From contig MU619238.1 in assembly GCA_025201805.1 (NCBI GenBank), positions 72,909 to 136,879 of the forward strand: a DNA stretch of 63,971 nucleotides. The letters run 5' to 3'. Each line of letters starts with the position of its first letter. Position 1 is the first letter of the stretch. Below, piece by piece: positions 1 to 13,471 of the stretch. The stretch is from Parasitella parasitica NRRL 2501 (taxonomy: Eukaryota; Fungi; Mucoromycota). The notes under the pieces were generated by a model that saw nothing but the letters and a program-made list of their open reading frames with translations, did no database searches and was not told where the DNA came from. The translations under genes and the position numbers were made by a program.

Positions 1-41
1 CAATAAATGCGGTGGTTATATTATAATGCAAGTGAGGGTTT

Positions 42-2449
42 TTATGCCTTTGCCAAAAGCAAACAGGAACGACTAGGGATATAGACTTGGAGCCAATTGG
101 GTCTGCCATCCCAGTCTCCAGGAGTAGTAAAGAATTCAGTGCCATTGTTTACACGCTCATGACCCAAAAATTGCTTGTCATCAGAATTCAAAATAATCTT
201 GTATTTGCCGGCATGCTCAACACCCACGCGGTAATCAGTAAAGGATTGTGTAGGGTGGAAATTAAAGATGAACAAGACGTTGGCACGTTCAAATACAATG
301 ATCTTGTCACCGTCGTTTTTGCGAGTAACATAGCCCTGGGGTGCATGTAGCCAACCATAACGTTCCTCTGTCATTTGCATAGCACGGTCCCATTCATTCA
401 AATACTTGTAGCGCAACAACTTGTCGTCAAGGACGTTCCATTGACGACGAGCGTATTGGAAGCTAGAGTCGTTGCCGGCACGAGGGAAATCAAGCCATTC
501 AGGATGACCGAATTCATTGCCTTCAAAGTTGAGATAGCCTTCACCGCCGAGGCCATGTGTAACCATTCGGATCAACTTGTGCAATGCAACACCACGATCA
601 ATGATAGGCGTCAAAGGGGTCAAGTCACTCATATTAGTGTACATTTCTTTATCCATCAGCCAGAATGCGAGTGTCTTGTCACCCACAAGAGCTTGGTCGT
701 GAGATTCGCAATAGCCGATGGTGTTCTCCAAATGGCGACGGTTGGTCAAGATATGCACAATGTGCCCCATATTCCAATCATCGTCAGACTGCTCCTTCAA
801 CATCTTGATCCACATGTCGGGTATGGCCATGGACAGACGGTAGTCAAAGCCAAGCCCGCCTTCACGAACAGGACGGCAAGAACCAGGCATGCCAGACACA
901 TCTTCGGCAACTGTGACTACATCAGGATATTGCTTGTGCAGGTAGTTGTTGGCAATCTGAATATACATGACGCCCTCGTCATCGACATTCTCCCCAAAGT
1001 ATTCTTTATAATCGCCAGAGAATCCGTATCCAATGCCATGATGCTTGTAGAGCATGGAGGTAACGCCGTCAAATCTGAAGCCGTCAAACTGGAACACATC
1101 CATCCAATATCTCAGATTCGACATCAAGAATCGCATGACTTCAAAGCTGCCATAGTTGAACAAACGCGAATCCCACAATTCGTGGCGACCCTTGGGGCCA
1201 GCATGGAAGTAGCAGTGATCCGATCCGTCAAACATGTTGAGGCCGTCAGCAACATTCTTGCAGGCATGCGAGTGCACCAGATCTAACAAAACCGTAATCC
1301 CCAAACCATGGGCAGTATCGACCAATTCCTTCAAATCCTCCGGAGTGCCATATCGGCTGGAGGGAGCAAAGAAAGAGGTCACTTGGTATCCAAAAGAGGC
1401 ATAGTAGGCGTGCTCCATCACAGCCATCAACTGGATGGTGTTGTACCCGTCATAGGCAATACGAGGTAAAATGTTCTTGGTGAATTCCTTGTAGGTAGCA
1501 CAGCGAGGTTCGGGAGATGAGATACCAACTATATATATAAAAAGATAAGATCAGATCAGATCAAATCAGATCGGATTTAGTATTCCAGTCTGCTGTCCAA
1601 ATGAGAAAATATACTACCATGTGCTTCGTATACACGAATGGATTCAGGACGTTTGGGACGAGCGTTCTTGAAAACATAGTGCGACTCAGGATTCCAAAAG
1701 ATAGCGTCGTAGGTTGCACTCACATTCAGATCTTGAGTAACATAGTTGATCCAAGCAGGTAAGCGATAAATACGTTCTCCGGTATGAGGCATGGTCATCG
1801 TGATCTAATTATGTGTGTTTGAATTTCCCGTCTACTAGCACCCATTTGCTATCTATTACCTTGATTTTGCTGCCGTGAGGAATAGCCACTTTACCATCGG
1901 CAGTAGGTGCAACTAGAATTTCAAATACACCATACTTGTCGCGGGTCATTACATGAGCGTTCACATCCCAGTTATCTAGGCAAGTTACATGAGTAAGAAA
2001 ATCCTTTTTGTTTCTCCGTGCCGTCCCGAGTATTCCTTTTTCTTTTTCTTTTTTTTTTTCCCCCCAACAAACAAGCTTGGTGGTACTTACTGAAATCACC
2101 CACTAAACTAGCAGTGACAGCATTGGGGGCCCATTCACGATACATGACACTCTTATCCTTTTGCACATTGAACCCATAGTATTCATAACCCTTGGTAAAT
2201 TTATCGTAGCCAAGTGTATCCTTGATTTGTTCATCAAACTTTTCAAAAGTAGCATATCTAATGTATACGAGTAAGCATTGAACCCGCCCACATAATCACA
2301 CGCATCCGCTTATACCTTTCTCTGAGAGCATCGCTAGAGTCCTTCAACCAAGGGTCAATTACGCAAAGACCGGTGCCATCAGCAGGCATGGTAAGCACAC
2401 GACCAGGAGACACTTCCTCTTGGAAAGTAGGGACATTAGAAGAAGGCAT
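42..2449 (-). CDS. GLC3: 1,4-alpha-glucan (glycogen) branching enzyme, GH13; multi-exon
   Basis: ATG at 2449 (MPSSNVPTF...IDPWL); exons join [19 protein letters not shown] and VYEAH to the long 3' exon carrying GH13 catalytic motifs [15 protein letters not shown] and ESHDQ; TAA at 42-44. Confidence 0.96.
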
Positions 2450-3147
2450 AGTTATTTTGCGATAAAAGAAAAAAAAAAGAAAAAGGGAAAAAAAGGGTTG
2501 TTGGCATTGGGACATGAAACTTGGTCTTTTTATATGCAAATCCTTTGCATCGTATCAAAAGGCTCGGGCCACTTTTTTTTTTTTACTGGGTTGGACCTAA
2601 AAAAAAAATCAAACATGTTTGATATTTGGGGCCCATAAATGGAAAACTTTCAGGTTTTGCATGACAAGAATGGTACGAGAAAAAGGGACAAATTTTCCAG
2701 AAATTATCTAGAGTTCCAGCGGTTTAATGACATGTTGGTTATTTGGAGCTGATAATAGGTCTATTTTTACTAGAATGTAGAGCGTATCCATCCCGCGTTT
2801 GTTTGCAACATTGGCACGTAAAACGTTTTGGTTTATTGTTTTGGTATGAGGATATCCGCAATAAAGTTACTCATAGATTTGCACACGTTTTAGCCCATCA
2901 ACATGTATAATTCCTGGTCTGACATATCACTCATGCAAACATTGTACGATATAGCGTCTTTTGTCTATTATGCCAATTGTACGATTAACAAAGTGCATGA
3001 TTTGCCGAGCAATGGTTACACCTATAATGGCCGAAAATGACGTCTGAATGCGAGAAAGTGACCTACTTGCACAGGACACGCAGCTGTCGCGCCCATCTAA
3101 TTCTAGCACTGCTGCTGCGCTCACCATTGATATTTCTTCTTCAAACA

Positions 3148-4426
3148 ATGTCTAGTCTCGAAGATATCTTTGGCAAACTTGCCGTTACAACTGTTACAAC
3201 TGTTTCGAGAATCGCATTGAGCCATGCAACCAATGCGGCCATCGTAAGTGTATTCATCCATTTTTTTTTTTTTTTTGCAAGATGTTTCTAAAAAAAAAAG
3301 ACATGAACCATAGCGTAACGTTACTTCATACATCACAACTCAAATGCCCAAGAACAAGCCTGATACACGAGAGATTCGTGCGCTGCAACGACAGCTTGAT
3401 CTGAAAATCAAAAACTTAAAGGCAAGCTCAACTACTGCTATTACTGTCACCAAAACTGAATAGTCTAACGAACCCAGTATTTATTAGCCTACCATAGACA
3501 TCATCGCCAGATCAGTAGCAGACGGTAATACTGATTTGGAACCAGCGTTGGAGATGTGCAACGACCTTAAATCTGAAATGGACGACTTTGCTGCCAAGCC
3601 GATGCAAAATCCAGATCAAGTCAAGGCGCGCTTAAAACTTTTGTTATCCAATGTGGACGATGCCATTCCAAGCTTGCATCTATCTCTGCGTAGCATTGAA
3701 AATAAAACCGGCGCTGCAGCTCTATCTCCTGCTAAATTGATCCAAGCATCCAGCATTTTAAAAGGAAAAGAGGCTGTTTTCTGTGTCAAGCTGTATTCGC
3801 TGTTTTCAGCAGTGTCTCGAGCGGCTTCGGCAGACGCATTTTCGTGGAAAGAAGAGTTTTTCAAGGCTTCTCTGGTGATCAAGTCTACAGGCGAATTCAG
3901 TTATCAGTTGGAGATCACAGAGGATACGAATGATGGTAGATATCATGAAGAAGGAGAATCACAAATCAAGGTCTTGAACGTCAGTCATATTCATCGCATG
4001 TACTACACACAAAGCGGCGAGCTTTTGAATATCGAGGACTCCAAGACTCCAGTCCTTGTCATGAAGGTCGACAAACATGACAGAGATGGGGATGGGGATG
4101 GGGATGGCAAAGAGACAGTGGTGCAAGTCAAGGAATCAGCACCAGAAATTGTTAAAGAGGAACTGCGGGAGTCGGATTGGTATGCGGTTGGTTTGTGGAC
4201 AGAACAAGCGGTGGATGACAGTGATAGTGATAGTGAGGATGATGACAATGGTGATCAACAGAAGAGTGGTGGCTTCGAATTGACGTCAGTTAATAGACAT
4301 CTAAATTTGCTGCTATTAGAGAGTGTAATTAAGCTGGCATTGTTGGAAACAACTGAGAAAATGGACCATATCTATGCTTCTGACGAGCTGATCACCTTGT
4401 ACAGTACATCAAAAAATATTGAATAA
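3148..4426 (+). CDS. YRB30: RanGTP-binding protein, Yrb30-like; 2 introns
   Basis: Spliced N-terminus MSSLEDIFGKLAVTTVTTVSRIALSHATNAAI...IDIIARSVADGNTDLEPALEMCNDLKSEMDDF resembles the fungal Yrb30 N-terminus; also WKEEF, EDTNDGRYH and C-terminal LLLLESVIKLALLE...SDELI. Confidence 0.75.
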
Positions 4427-5404
4427 AAGCCGGAAACACATATATACGTAGGTGTAAAATAAGAAAAAAAAAACTGGATTTTTTATGGTATTACAAATGT
4501 CAAAATTATTGCGTGTGTGGAGGAAAATGTCTGTTAAAGAGGAAGAGAGGGTGATATATCTGGATAAGATAATCAGCAATGTCAAACTGAGGACTAACCC
4601 TTTATCTGCCACCACATTTCTACACTTGAAAAAGACGTTATGCTTTAAGCCCCAACGAGGCTTTACGCTTGTTCTCTCGTTGACAATATTATGATTAGAC
4701 AGTAAACTAGAAAGAGCATCTGTTGTCAAGATTTCTACAAGGCAAAAGTAAGGTTTTAGTTTCTCCTTGACTCCTATAGTCAGCGCCAAACGAAACAATA
4801 AAGGTATCGCTAGACGTAACATCCAAGAGTTGTCGAAGGCAATGAATCGCCTTGTCGATATGTAATGGTTGGTATTCGCTGCAGCTATCCAAGTAAATCA
4901 ATTTGGCTGGATGGAAAAACAAATGTAGCTACGCCTTACCTGTAACTTCGACATCATTTCTAGCATCAAAATTTATGCGGTTGCTTCAGTGTTGGATTTC
5001 TTATTTCAGTGCTTCCCGGCAGCAACATTCGTTGATGTGAGCATTACATTACCGGTACAGATGACCAATTGTTTGAACACAGGTACTATGGTTTGATCTG
5101 AAAAATGTTGGGAAGCCATCGAAATAAATATTAAGGATATTTCTTGGGAATGTTGGGAGATCATCTCCGTTCATGTAGGTTTTTTTTTTTTCTTTTCGAG
5201 ATATGCTTCAAAGCATAAAAACCGTTACTGCAGCGATTTTTGCATTTTGATGAACAAAACCGCGTAAACTACAACAATACCGTGTTTATTTATTTGTATC
5301 CATATTCATCAATGCAACTCGTATTTCTCTCGTGACACTGATGTGAACAAAAAGCTTCAAAGTGTGGATATTTCACATGTTGTACAACTAGGCATTTAAC
5401 GGTG

Positions 5405-5439
<35 letters not shown>

Positions 5440-5474
5440 GTTTCTTCCCTCTTAAACTTTTCTACTTGCACTAA

Positions 5475-8246
5475 ATGAACAGCTCATACCCTGAAAGACT
5501 CATTGTGGTTCCTCTTGAGTCAAAAGTACTACTGCCCTCTGTGATTTTACGTCTTTTAATTCGTGGTAAACAAGCTACAGATTTGACCAAAAACTACTTT
5601 CGCTCCGCCAATACGAAATCGCATGATATTTACATTGCATGTATTCCATTGAAACCATGCCGCACCAACGTCGAAGAAACTGCCATGGTGGGTTCCCAAG
5701 CACCTCAGGTGCCGATTCCTCAGCAGGACGAGACTGGATTAGTCAGTGTAAGAGACAGGCATCGCTTAATGGATTATGGGTGCTTGGCCCGCATAGTGCG
5801 TGTCCAACGCTCAGGGACAAACCTCTTTGGTGTCTTTGTGGAGGGTGTATCAAGGTTTAAAGTGTGTCAGTATACGCAAAACACTCCATCCATGGCATTT
5901 CCTGGCTGTTGGGTTGCTCACGCTAGCTATTTTCCAAAGCCTGGCGTCCCAAACGATGAAATTGCATTGAAATTTAAGCATTTGAGTCAGATCTTTGCCG
6001 CCAAAATGCAGGAACTGCAGCTGCCAGACACATTGCTCTCACAGCTCACAAAGGTAATCAATACCATGCCACCATCTTCTCTGGCAGATTTGCTGGTGTG
6101 CGTCATTGAAACAACATTCGACGAACGTTTGCTTATGCTTTCCACTGTTTCGCTGGACGACCGGCTGCAAAAAGCATGCGAGTACCTAACCAGACAGTTG
6201 CATGTGCTGCAAATCTCTGATAAGCTGGGTGCTGGTATCGATGGCAAGCTAAGCAAAAAGCAGCGAGAGTTCTACTTGCGTCAACAGGTATTTGCAGTTG
6301 TAATCTATCAGCTGACGCGATGCTAATACCGTGCTTTAGTTGGAGGCCATTCAAGATGAGCTGGGTGATGGCGACAAAAAGATGATGGGCGGTGGACCGC
6401 AAGAAGAAGACGAGCTATCAGATCTCCACAAAAGGCTGGTACAAGCCAATCTACCGAATGAAGTTGTAACGGTGGCTCAACGAGAACTCAAGCGTATTAA
6501 ACGCCTCCAACCCTCTTCCTCTGAATGGGCCGTGGCTCGTAATTACTTGGAATGGCTGGCCGATTTGCCATGGAGCGTAAGCGGCTCTCAGCAGTTGGAT
6601 ATTCAGCACTCAAAACAACAACTTGCCCAGGATCATTTCGGCTTGGAGCATGTCAAAAAGCGAATCATCGAATACTTGTCTGTTATCAAGCTAAAAGGCG
6701 ATTTGAGAGCGCCCATCCTCTGTCTTGTAGGCCCTGTAAGTACATATCCTTCATTTAAACATATATATATGTATATAGCTCTTATACTAACGCGACAAAT
6801 AGCCCGGTGTCGGTAAAACATCGTTGGGTAGATCAATAGCACAGTCTATGTCTCGAGAGTTTCATCGTATTTCTTTAGGAGGAGTCAGGGACGAAGCAGA
6901 TATGAGGTTAAAGTGATTTTTTCATGCGCACTTGTGTATGTATCTAACGATTTGCTATAAACAGAGGTCATCGTCGAACCTATGTTGGTGCCATGCCAGG
7001 CTTGATCATTCAAGGTTTGCGTAAATGCAAGGTCAACAACCCTCTCATACTTTTGGATGAGATTGACAAGCTTGTTCAATCATCGCACTACGGAGATCCC
7101 GCAGCCGCTCTGTTGGAGGTGTTGGACCCTGAACAGAATAGCAGTTTTTCTGATCACTACCTCAACGTCCCGTTTAATTTATCAAACATCTTGTTTATCG
7201 CCACAGCAAATTCTTTGGATACCATCCCTGAGCCCTTATTGGACCGTATGGAAGTCATTGAACTCCACGGCTATACCTTTGAAGAGAAATTGCACATCGC
7301 GAAAACCCACTTGATACCCAAGCAAGTGGTCGCACACGGCTTACAACTTGAGCAAGTCAAACTCGCAGACGAGGCCATCCTCCATATTGCTGAAAACTAC
7401 ACTCGTGAGAGCGGCGTGCGCAATCTCGAAAGGACACTAGCATCTGTTGTGCGAGCCAAGTGCGTAGAGATGGCTGACCTGCAAGAAACTCAAGGCAAAC
7501 AACAGTATAACCCCTATATTACGATCAAAGACGTAGAAACGATATTAGGCAATATCAGATTTGAAAAGGAAGTATCTGAACGGGAATCGTATCCGGGCGT
7601 TGTAACAGGTCTAGCCTATTCTGGTAGTGGCAATGGCGGCATCTTGTTTGTGGAAGCGTCCAAGATGCCTGGAGATGGCCATCTTCATCTGACGGGTTCC
7701 TTGGGAAATGTCATTCAGGAGTCTGCAAAGTTGGCCTTGTCCTGGGTCAAATCGCATGCCTATGCTCTCAAACTCACTTCGCATTCCAAGGAGAAGATGG
7801 TACAAGATGATGATATCCATATCCATTTCCCCAGTGGATCTGTTCCCAAAGACGGGCCCAGCGCAGGTAATCATATACACATGGTATACAATAAAAAGTT
7901 ACTCAAAGTTACTCAATGTTGGTGTATAGGCGTTACATTGGTGTGCGCTTTAGTCTCGCTTTACTCTGGTAAGTGTGTCCCTACCACTACAGCCATGACG
8001 GGAGAAATTTCATTGCGCGGCCAAGTGTTACCCGTTGGCGGTATCAAGGAAAAAATCATCTCTGCCCATCGAGCTGGTATTCGTAAAATCATAATTCCTT
8101 CCAGAAATCAGCAGGATGTCGAAACGGAAGTCCCTGGAAATGTTCGAGGCGAAATCCAATTCTGCTATGCAAAGAACATTTGGCAAGTGTTGGAGGCTGC
8201 TTTCGATGAAAATCAATTATATCGTTTACAAGAAAGTCATTTATAG
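5475..8246 (+). CDS. Lon protease, peroxisomal type (LONP2-like); 4 introns
   Basis: LON N-domain; Walker A GP|PGVGKT split by an intron; Walker B LLDEIDK; catalytic KDGPSAG and GGIKEK (Ser-Lys dyad); C-terminal SHL (PTS1-type); no obvious mitochondrial presequence. Confidence 0.93.
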
Positions 8247-8268
8247 TTTATTGCCTCAAAATAAAAGT

Positions 8269-8976
8269 CTACTTGGTCTTGATCATTCTTAACTTGCCGG
8301 GTGAATACAAGTAATTGTCACCGTATGCCTTTTTGACAAATTTGCTTTGTTTGGGTTCTTGGACGTAATATTGCCATCCTATTATTCGACTGATTTTAGC
8401 GGAAAAAAAAAAAGAAAAAATAACACTATCCTTTCGTACCCTGCTTCTCGGCAAAATTGATGGCATCTTCTTTAGTAAAAAACTTCATGGTCACTGCTTG
8501 TTGATAATCAGAACTAAGCTTCAACATTAGAAATCTCTCCAGCTCCANNNNNNNNNNNNNNNNNNNNNNNNNNNNNNNNNNNNNNNNNNNNNNNNNNNNN
8601 NNNNNNNNNNNNNNNNNNNNNNNNNNNNNNNNNNNNNNNNNNNNNNNNNNNNNNNNNNNNNNNNNNNNNNNNNNNNNNNNNNNNNNNNNNNNNNNNNNNN
8701 NNNNNNNNNNNNNNNNNNNNNNNNNNNNNNNNNNNNNNNNNNNNNNNNNNNNNNNNNNNNNNNNNNNNNNNNNNNNNNNNNNNNNNNNNNNNNNNNNTTT
8801 TCACTAGAATTACCTGGTGCACCGGAAAGGTTTTCGACACTGAGAACAGGTTGCTTTTCTAAGTGTTGGACATCTTTGGTCTGAGATGATGAGAATCGAA
8901 TGCCTGAAAAGACTGCAGGCTTACTGAATACAGAACGGCAGACAGATGCAGTTCTAACAACGAGTGGGGAGGACAT
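8269..8976 (-). CDS. NDUFS4: Complex I subunit NDUFS4 (18/21 kDa), interrupted by an assembly gap
   Basis: Mitochondrial-type presequence followed by LSGAP; after the gap SDYQQAVTMKFFTKEDAINFAEKQG|WQYYVQEPKQSKFVKKAYGDNYLYSPGKLRMIKTK, matching the fungal NDUFS4 C-terminus. Confidence 0.88.
8548..8797. other. Assembly gap (250 N)
   Basis: Run of N in the sequence. Confidence 1.
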
Positions 8977-11137
8977 TTTGTATTTAATGAAAGTTCTAAA
9001 ATAAAATACAATGGAACTATCGAATTTGTGGGGTCGCCCTCATCTTATTCCTTAAAACTCACGTCATCATATTGAACCTAAATGCCTCACCGTCCAGTTG
9101 CAAACCATCAGGACAAATTTACGTCAATTCAAGTAGATATTCCAAATTCACTGTGTTCAATGATATCGATCACAGGATGCAATGGATGTAAGATTATTTC
9201 AAAGGAGAGATAGATCTGCGGTGGGTGTCTTTCTTGGGAACATGGACGCAGTCATCGTGTTCATCATCGACTTGTTCTGTCATTTAATCTTGGTCTTAAG
9301 ACACATTCTATTCTGGATACCATGATCTAAAGACTCCTGAAGCTACAGCAACACGATGGTTCGAGAACCAGCTTCCAAACGAATATGCCATTAAATTCAC
9401 CTGCCTTTTTTTTTTTAGCGTCGTCAAGAGCGCGTATCTTGAAGTCGATGGAATACGTTGGCTGGCATTTGGGATTTATGGCGGTGAAAAATATATGTAC
9501 AAGCGTTGCCTAAGATCAGCTATTTGCAAGAGCTAAAAGGGTCGCGGCTAGCAAACGGTTAGCGTTTGGTATAGATAGAAGGCCACTATCAACAGGCGTT
9601 TTAATTCGCAAGGAAACGTGTAGCACTCTGTCTTAATTGCCAATGACAAGAGCAAAAGCGTAACATACAAGTTGCATGTAATTTAAAAGACTTCACTTGT
9701 TTTGCTAAAAATGATAGCTTAAGTTCGCCTAAAGGATCACAATCAGAGAAATATATGAAAAAAAAAAAGCTATGGTTGGAATCTCTTCCAAAACTGCAAT
9801 GCTAATACTTTATCAACTGAGCGATTTTCTGACAAAAAGTAAATATATGAACCAAAGAGCTCCCCCCTCCCCAAATCAGAAATGTCTCACCAAAAGGAGA
9901 TTGTTTTCGTGAGGTAAAATAGTTTCAGGACAAGTATCCTTTGCATATCTGGAATGCAGAAATAGTAGATCGTAACTTTCTGGTTGTTTTTTCGAGTCCT
10001 GTATAGACCAAAGCAACATACAAGCCAAGATTTGATCTGTATCCAGTTACAACCAAAGGCCGTCCAAATATGTCTACTACACTTACACTTTGGTCGTCTC
10101 TAATGAAGACTTGAGAAAGCATGTAGTAATCTCTCATGCTTTACTTGGTGGTTTAAAAACGAAGTTCTATGAAAAGATACTTTTCGATCTTTCTTGAGCT
10201 AATGAAAGAGCTTTTCGAAATAGTGACATATTACTCTGCTGCACAAGTTTTGCGTTTGTAGAAGCATTTACCAAATCTTATCAAACTTATGATTCCTTTA
10301 GACTAATATTTATCGTTTCTATTGCAAATAATCGTTCATCGTAGATGTTCGCGTCCAATACCATATGAGTAACACAAAAACAAAGGCATAATGCAAGTAG
10401 CAAATATCTTGTGGAGAATTTCACATCACATTGCATTATATGAGGCTCTTCACACCAAGCAATCCAATTATCAACATAATTTCGTGTACTGCCATGTAAG
10501 TGGGCGTATTTCTTGCATAGAAAAATCAAGGGGGGTCATCACGACTGAAATACACACATTTGGTAGAAAATCAACGATCTTTCTTCGATAATAACATATG
10601 TATCCGTGTGATCAAACATTTTCGATTATACAGTATCATAAACATTGCATAGATCGGCAGCAAATAGAAATACCAAATATATGCTATCACCGGTGGTCGT
10701 CTAATGTAAATAAAAAAAAAAAAAGTACTCTGTCTTGATGAAAATCTTCCTTGTGTTGTTCTGTATTCATCTAGGCTAGAATTCTACAATATACGCAGAA
10801 CACCTAAAGAAATTAGTGATATGTAATAGACGTTCGCATATTTGATCGATACGTGTTGTGAGAATTTCGTGGATTGGCTGCAACCGTACAGCATAATTTA
10901 CCAATGTCATGCAGGTATTATAATTGTGTTACAAGTAAAAAGACGAAAATCTTCTCAAGATGAAACAACGCAAGATGAAAATCATTTACGCATAGCAATC
11001 GTCTGATGATCCGTAAAGACGTAATCTTCAGAAATGTCCCTATGTATGACATATCGACGCTATTGATGGCGAAACCTATAAAAAGAGCCTTGCTATTCTT
11101 TCGAATTAGTTTTTTATTCACTCAACTTTTTTCAGCT

Positions 11138-11539
11138 ATGTTCAAATTGGTTTTGCTCTTACTTGCTACTCTTGCCGCTTCCTTTGTTGCCGCTGAACGC
11201 GCTTTATTCGGTTTCGAAACGATGAATTCTGAAGAGTTTGTATTTGAACTTACCAATGATGCTTTAATTGCTCATGCCAGACGCATCCTGAGTGGTGAAG
11301 AACTGGATAGGATCCATGTCCACGGAAGAATCATTAAAAGACCAGTACCCTACAATCCCCGCTACAGTTACCATTTCGAACCTGAAACCGTCAATTTCTT
11401 TACTCATGCAATCGAAATCTGTGATGCCGATGTCCGATATGTAGAAGACCATCTTGACGAAGCTTGTGGTGCCTTCTTGCCAGGCTGTCATTTCTGCCCC
11501 TGGAGTTCCAGACTTACCAGAGAGATTCCTTCTAATTAA
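11138..11539 (+). CDS. Small secreted protein, BP74 N-terminal domain / CaM-BP15-like; intronless, 133 aa
   Basis: Signal peptide MFKLVLLLLATLAASFVAA; motifs IAHARRILSGEE, HVHGRIIK, YNPRYSYH, AIEICDA and YVEDHLDEACGAFLPGCHFCPWSSRL, recalled from the Dictyostelium CaM-BP15/BP74 and bacterial 'calmodulin-binding protein' family; TATAAAA at 11077 and AATAAA at 11550. Confidence 0.78.
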   Translation: MFKLVLLLLATLAASFVAAERALFGFETMNSEEFVFELTNDALIAHARRILSGEELDRIHVHGRIIKRPVPYNPRYSYHFEPETVNFFTHAIEICDADVRYVEDHLDEACGAFLPGCHFCPWSSRLTREIPSN

Positions 11540-12270
11540 CAACTTTTATAATAAAAAATCTCACAGAAGATTAATATTTGATCTTTAAATAAAAAACTAG
11601 CTGATCAATGTGGACATGAATAGACTTCTGGCAAGGCTTCCTTTGTAGTGACTCAAGTGTTGCAACGCTGGGTAATTTGATCTACTACCATCCATCATAA
11701 CTGAACTTGCTTTCATTATTCACCCAATACTCGGTGAATGCAAAGTGTCACTTCACATAATTTTTCAGTCGAGATACTTTTCATGTTTCGATGAATGAAT
11801 AGAACGCTTAACCACTAGTACTATCGTGGTATTTCTTCAAGAAGTCATGACCTTCTCTTATTCCAGGTATAACCCGTGTGGTTTTATGTTTAGGGAAATC
11901 AAAGTCGAACAAACTGCTGTTATTTTTCACGCTTTATAAGGATAGCTGGAATATAGAGTCCAGGATATGAACTGATGATTTTTTTTTCGAATTCTTACGC
12001 TAAGTTTCTCGTCAGGAAGCATTTCTATTGAGTCAACCTTCGATGATACGATTACTAAATTGAATATTGAAATTTCCAAGCTCAAACGCTCGTAAAGTAG
12101 CTGGAAATGAAAGACAAGGATATTTAGTGGAATTTTAGAAAATGGGAGCCTAATGACCGATAAAGTATCAACAAACGCAAAAAAGCAGGACCAAAGCAGA
12201 GAAATGCTTCGTGTTGTCCAGGGAAACTAATCCAGCTTTGCAGAGCAATGTAAAAAACTTGCATGCAGGC

Positions 12271-12271
<1 letters not shown>

Positions 12272-12335
<64 letters not shown>
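12272..12335. repeat. Poly(T) tract of about 64 nt
   Basis: Read directly. Confidence 0.95.
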
Positions 12336-12337
<2 letters not shown>

Positions 12338-13471
12338 GTGATGGCTAACGTAAGTATCGTATTCTTGTTCGTCTAATACATGGTAATAAGAACGAGTAAG
12401 TGCAAGTGGAATCTTTGAAGCAATGGTTTTATGAACATGCCATGCCGAAATGTGCTCGACTGGGATTGCCTTCTTCAGACCAATTAATATCTGATAACTT
12501 CGGTAGCCCATCACATGCTTTTATTTGGTAAAGAATTCACAACTAGCACTGACGGTGGCACTGGGACCCATCATGTACAGCTTGATATCAATTATTTTTA
12601 GGACGAGGTTGTCAGGAAACAGGCGAGTAGATATACTGCTTCACACCACACATGAAACCATCGACATCGACGCAAATGCCGTGTATCGCAATTGCCAATT
12701 GTAACCAGCTTGGTCCATTATGTTCCATCAAAATTAGTGAGAAAAAATTTGCTTGGCATATCTGCAAACATTATTTACAAATACGACCACAACAAGGAAA
12801 TAATAACTCTCTTCACAAACGATCGACAATGTTCAATTTCCTCCAAAGGGCAATTGATCAATTTATTGGCATTTAACTGTGTATGCATAGATACGAAAAC
12901 GATACCCCAGAGGAAGAAAATTAATATCAAGAGGTACTGTATCTTGCATTACATTTGCTAGGAGACACCTTTTTGGCATAAAGGTCGCTGGTCATAAAGT
13001 AAGACTGCTGTCGACATTAGAACATGGACGTAGCCGTTGTGTTTATCAATGAGCTGTTCAGTCATCTTGAAGCGTATTCAACTTGATTCATGTGAATAAA
13101 ATTAACTGGGCCAAGTGATTTAGTTTTGAAACAACAAAGGCAATGGGCACGTAAACCAAATCAATCCTAGATTAATCAGGAGCACACATGTTACTTGATA
13201 TATCATGATATACTTTACGAGTTTCACAGGGCTGCATGAAGAAACACCTAGAAGGCAGTGACTCGAAATGAATAATACAGTCAAGTTTCCCACCTTCCTC
13301 ATTTGCACTGCTTGTGATTAGGATGTGTGTAACTGCTATCAACATCGCTTTTCATTGAGCACTCCGAAACCTTAATTTTGGCTATTACACCATCCAACGT
13401 AAAAACGAGATATTAGTTTTGCCTCATCTTCTTTTTCCTTTCTTATAATTTTATCTCATAAGAAATTAGCC

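Noticed and set aside
375-1286. 303-aa antisense ORF, and the many other shadow ORFs over real genes
   Set aside because: They lie opposite or out of frame with well-supported CDSs and show no recognisable motifs
4409-5200. Possible small minus-strand gene between YRB30 and Lon
   Set aside because: One plausible intron, but no coherent spliced frame or recognisable product
9253-9270. HRVHHR resembling a desaturase histidine box
   Set aside because: Short frame with no other His boxes or TM segments; likely chance
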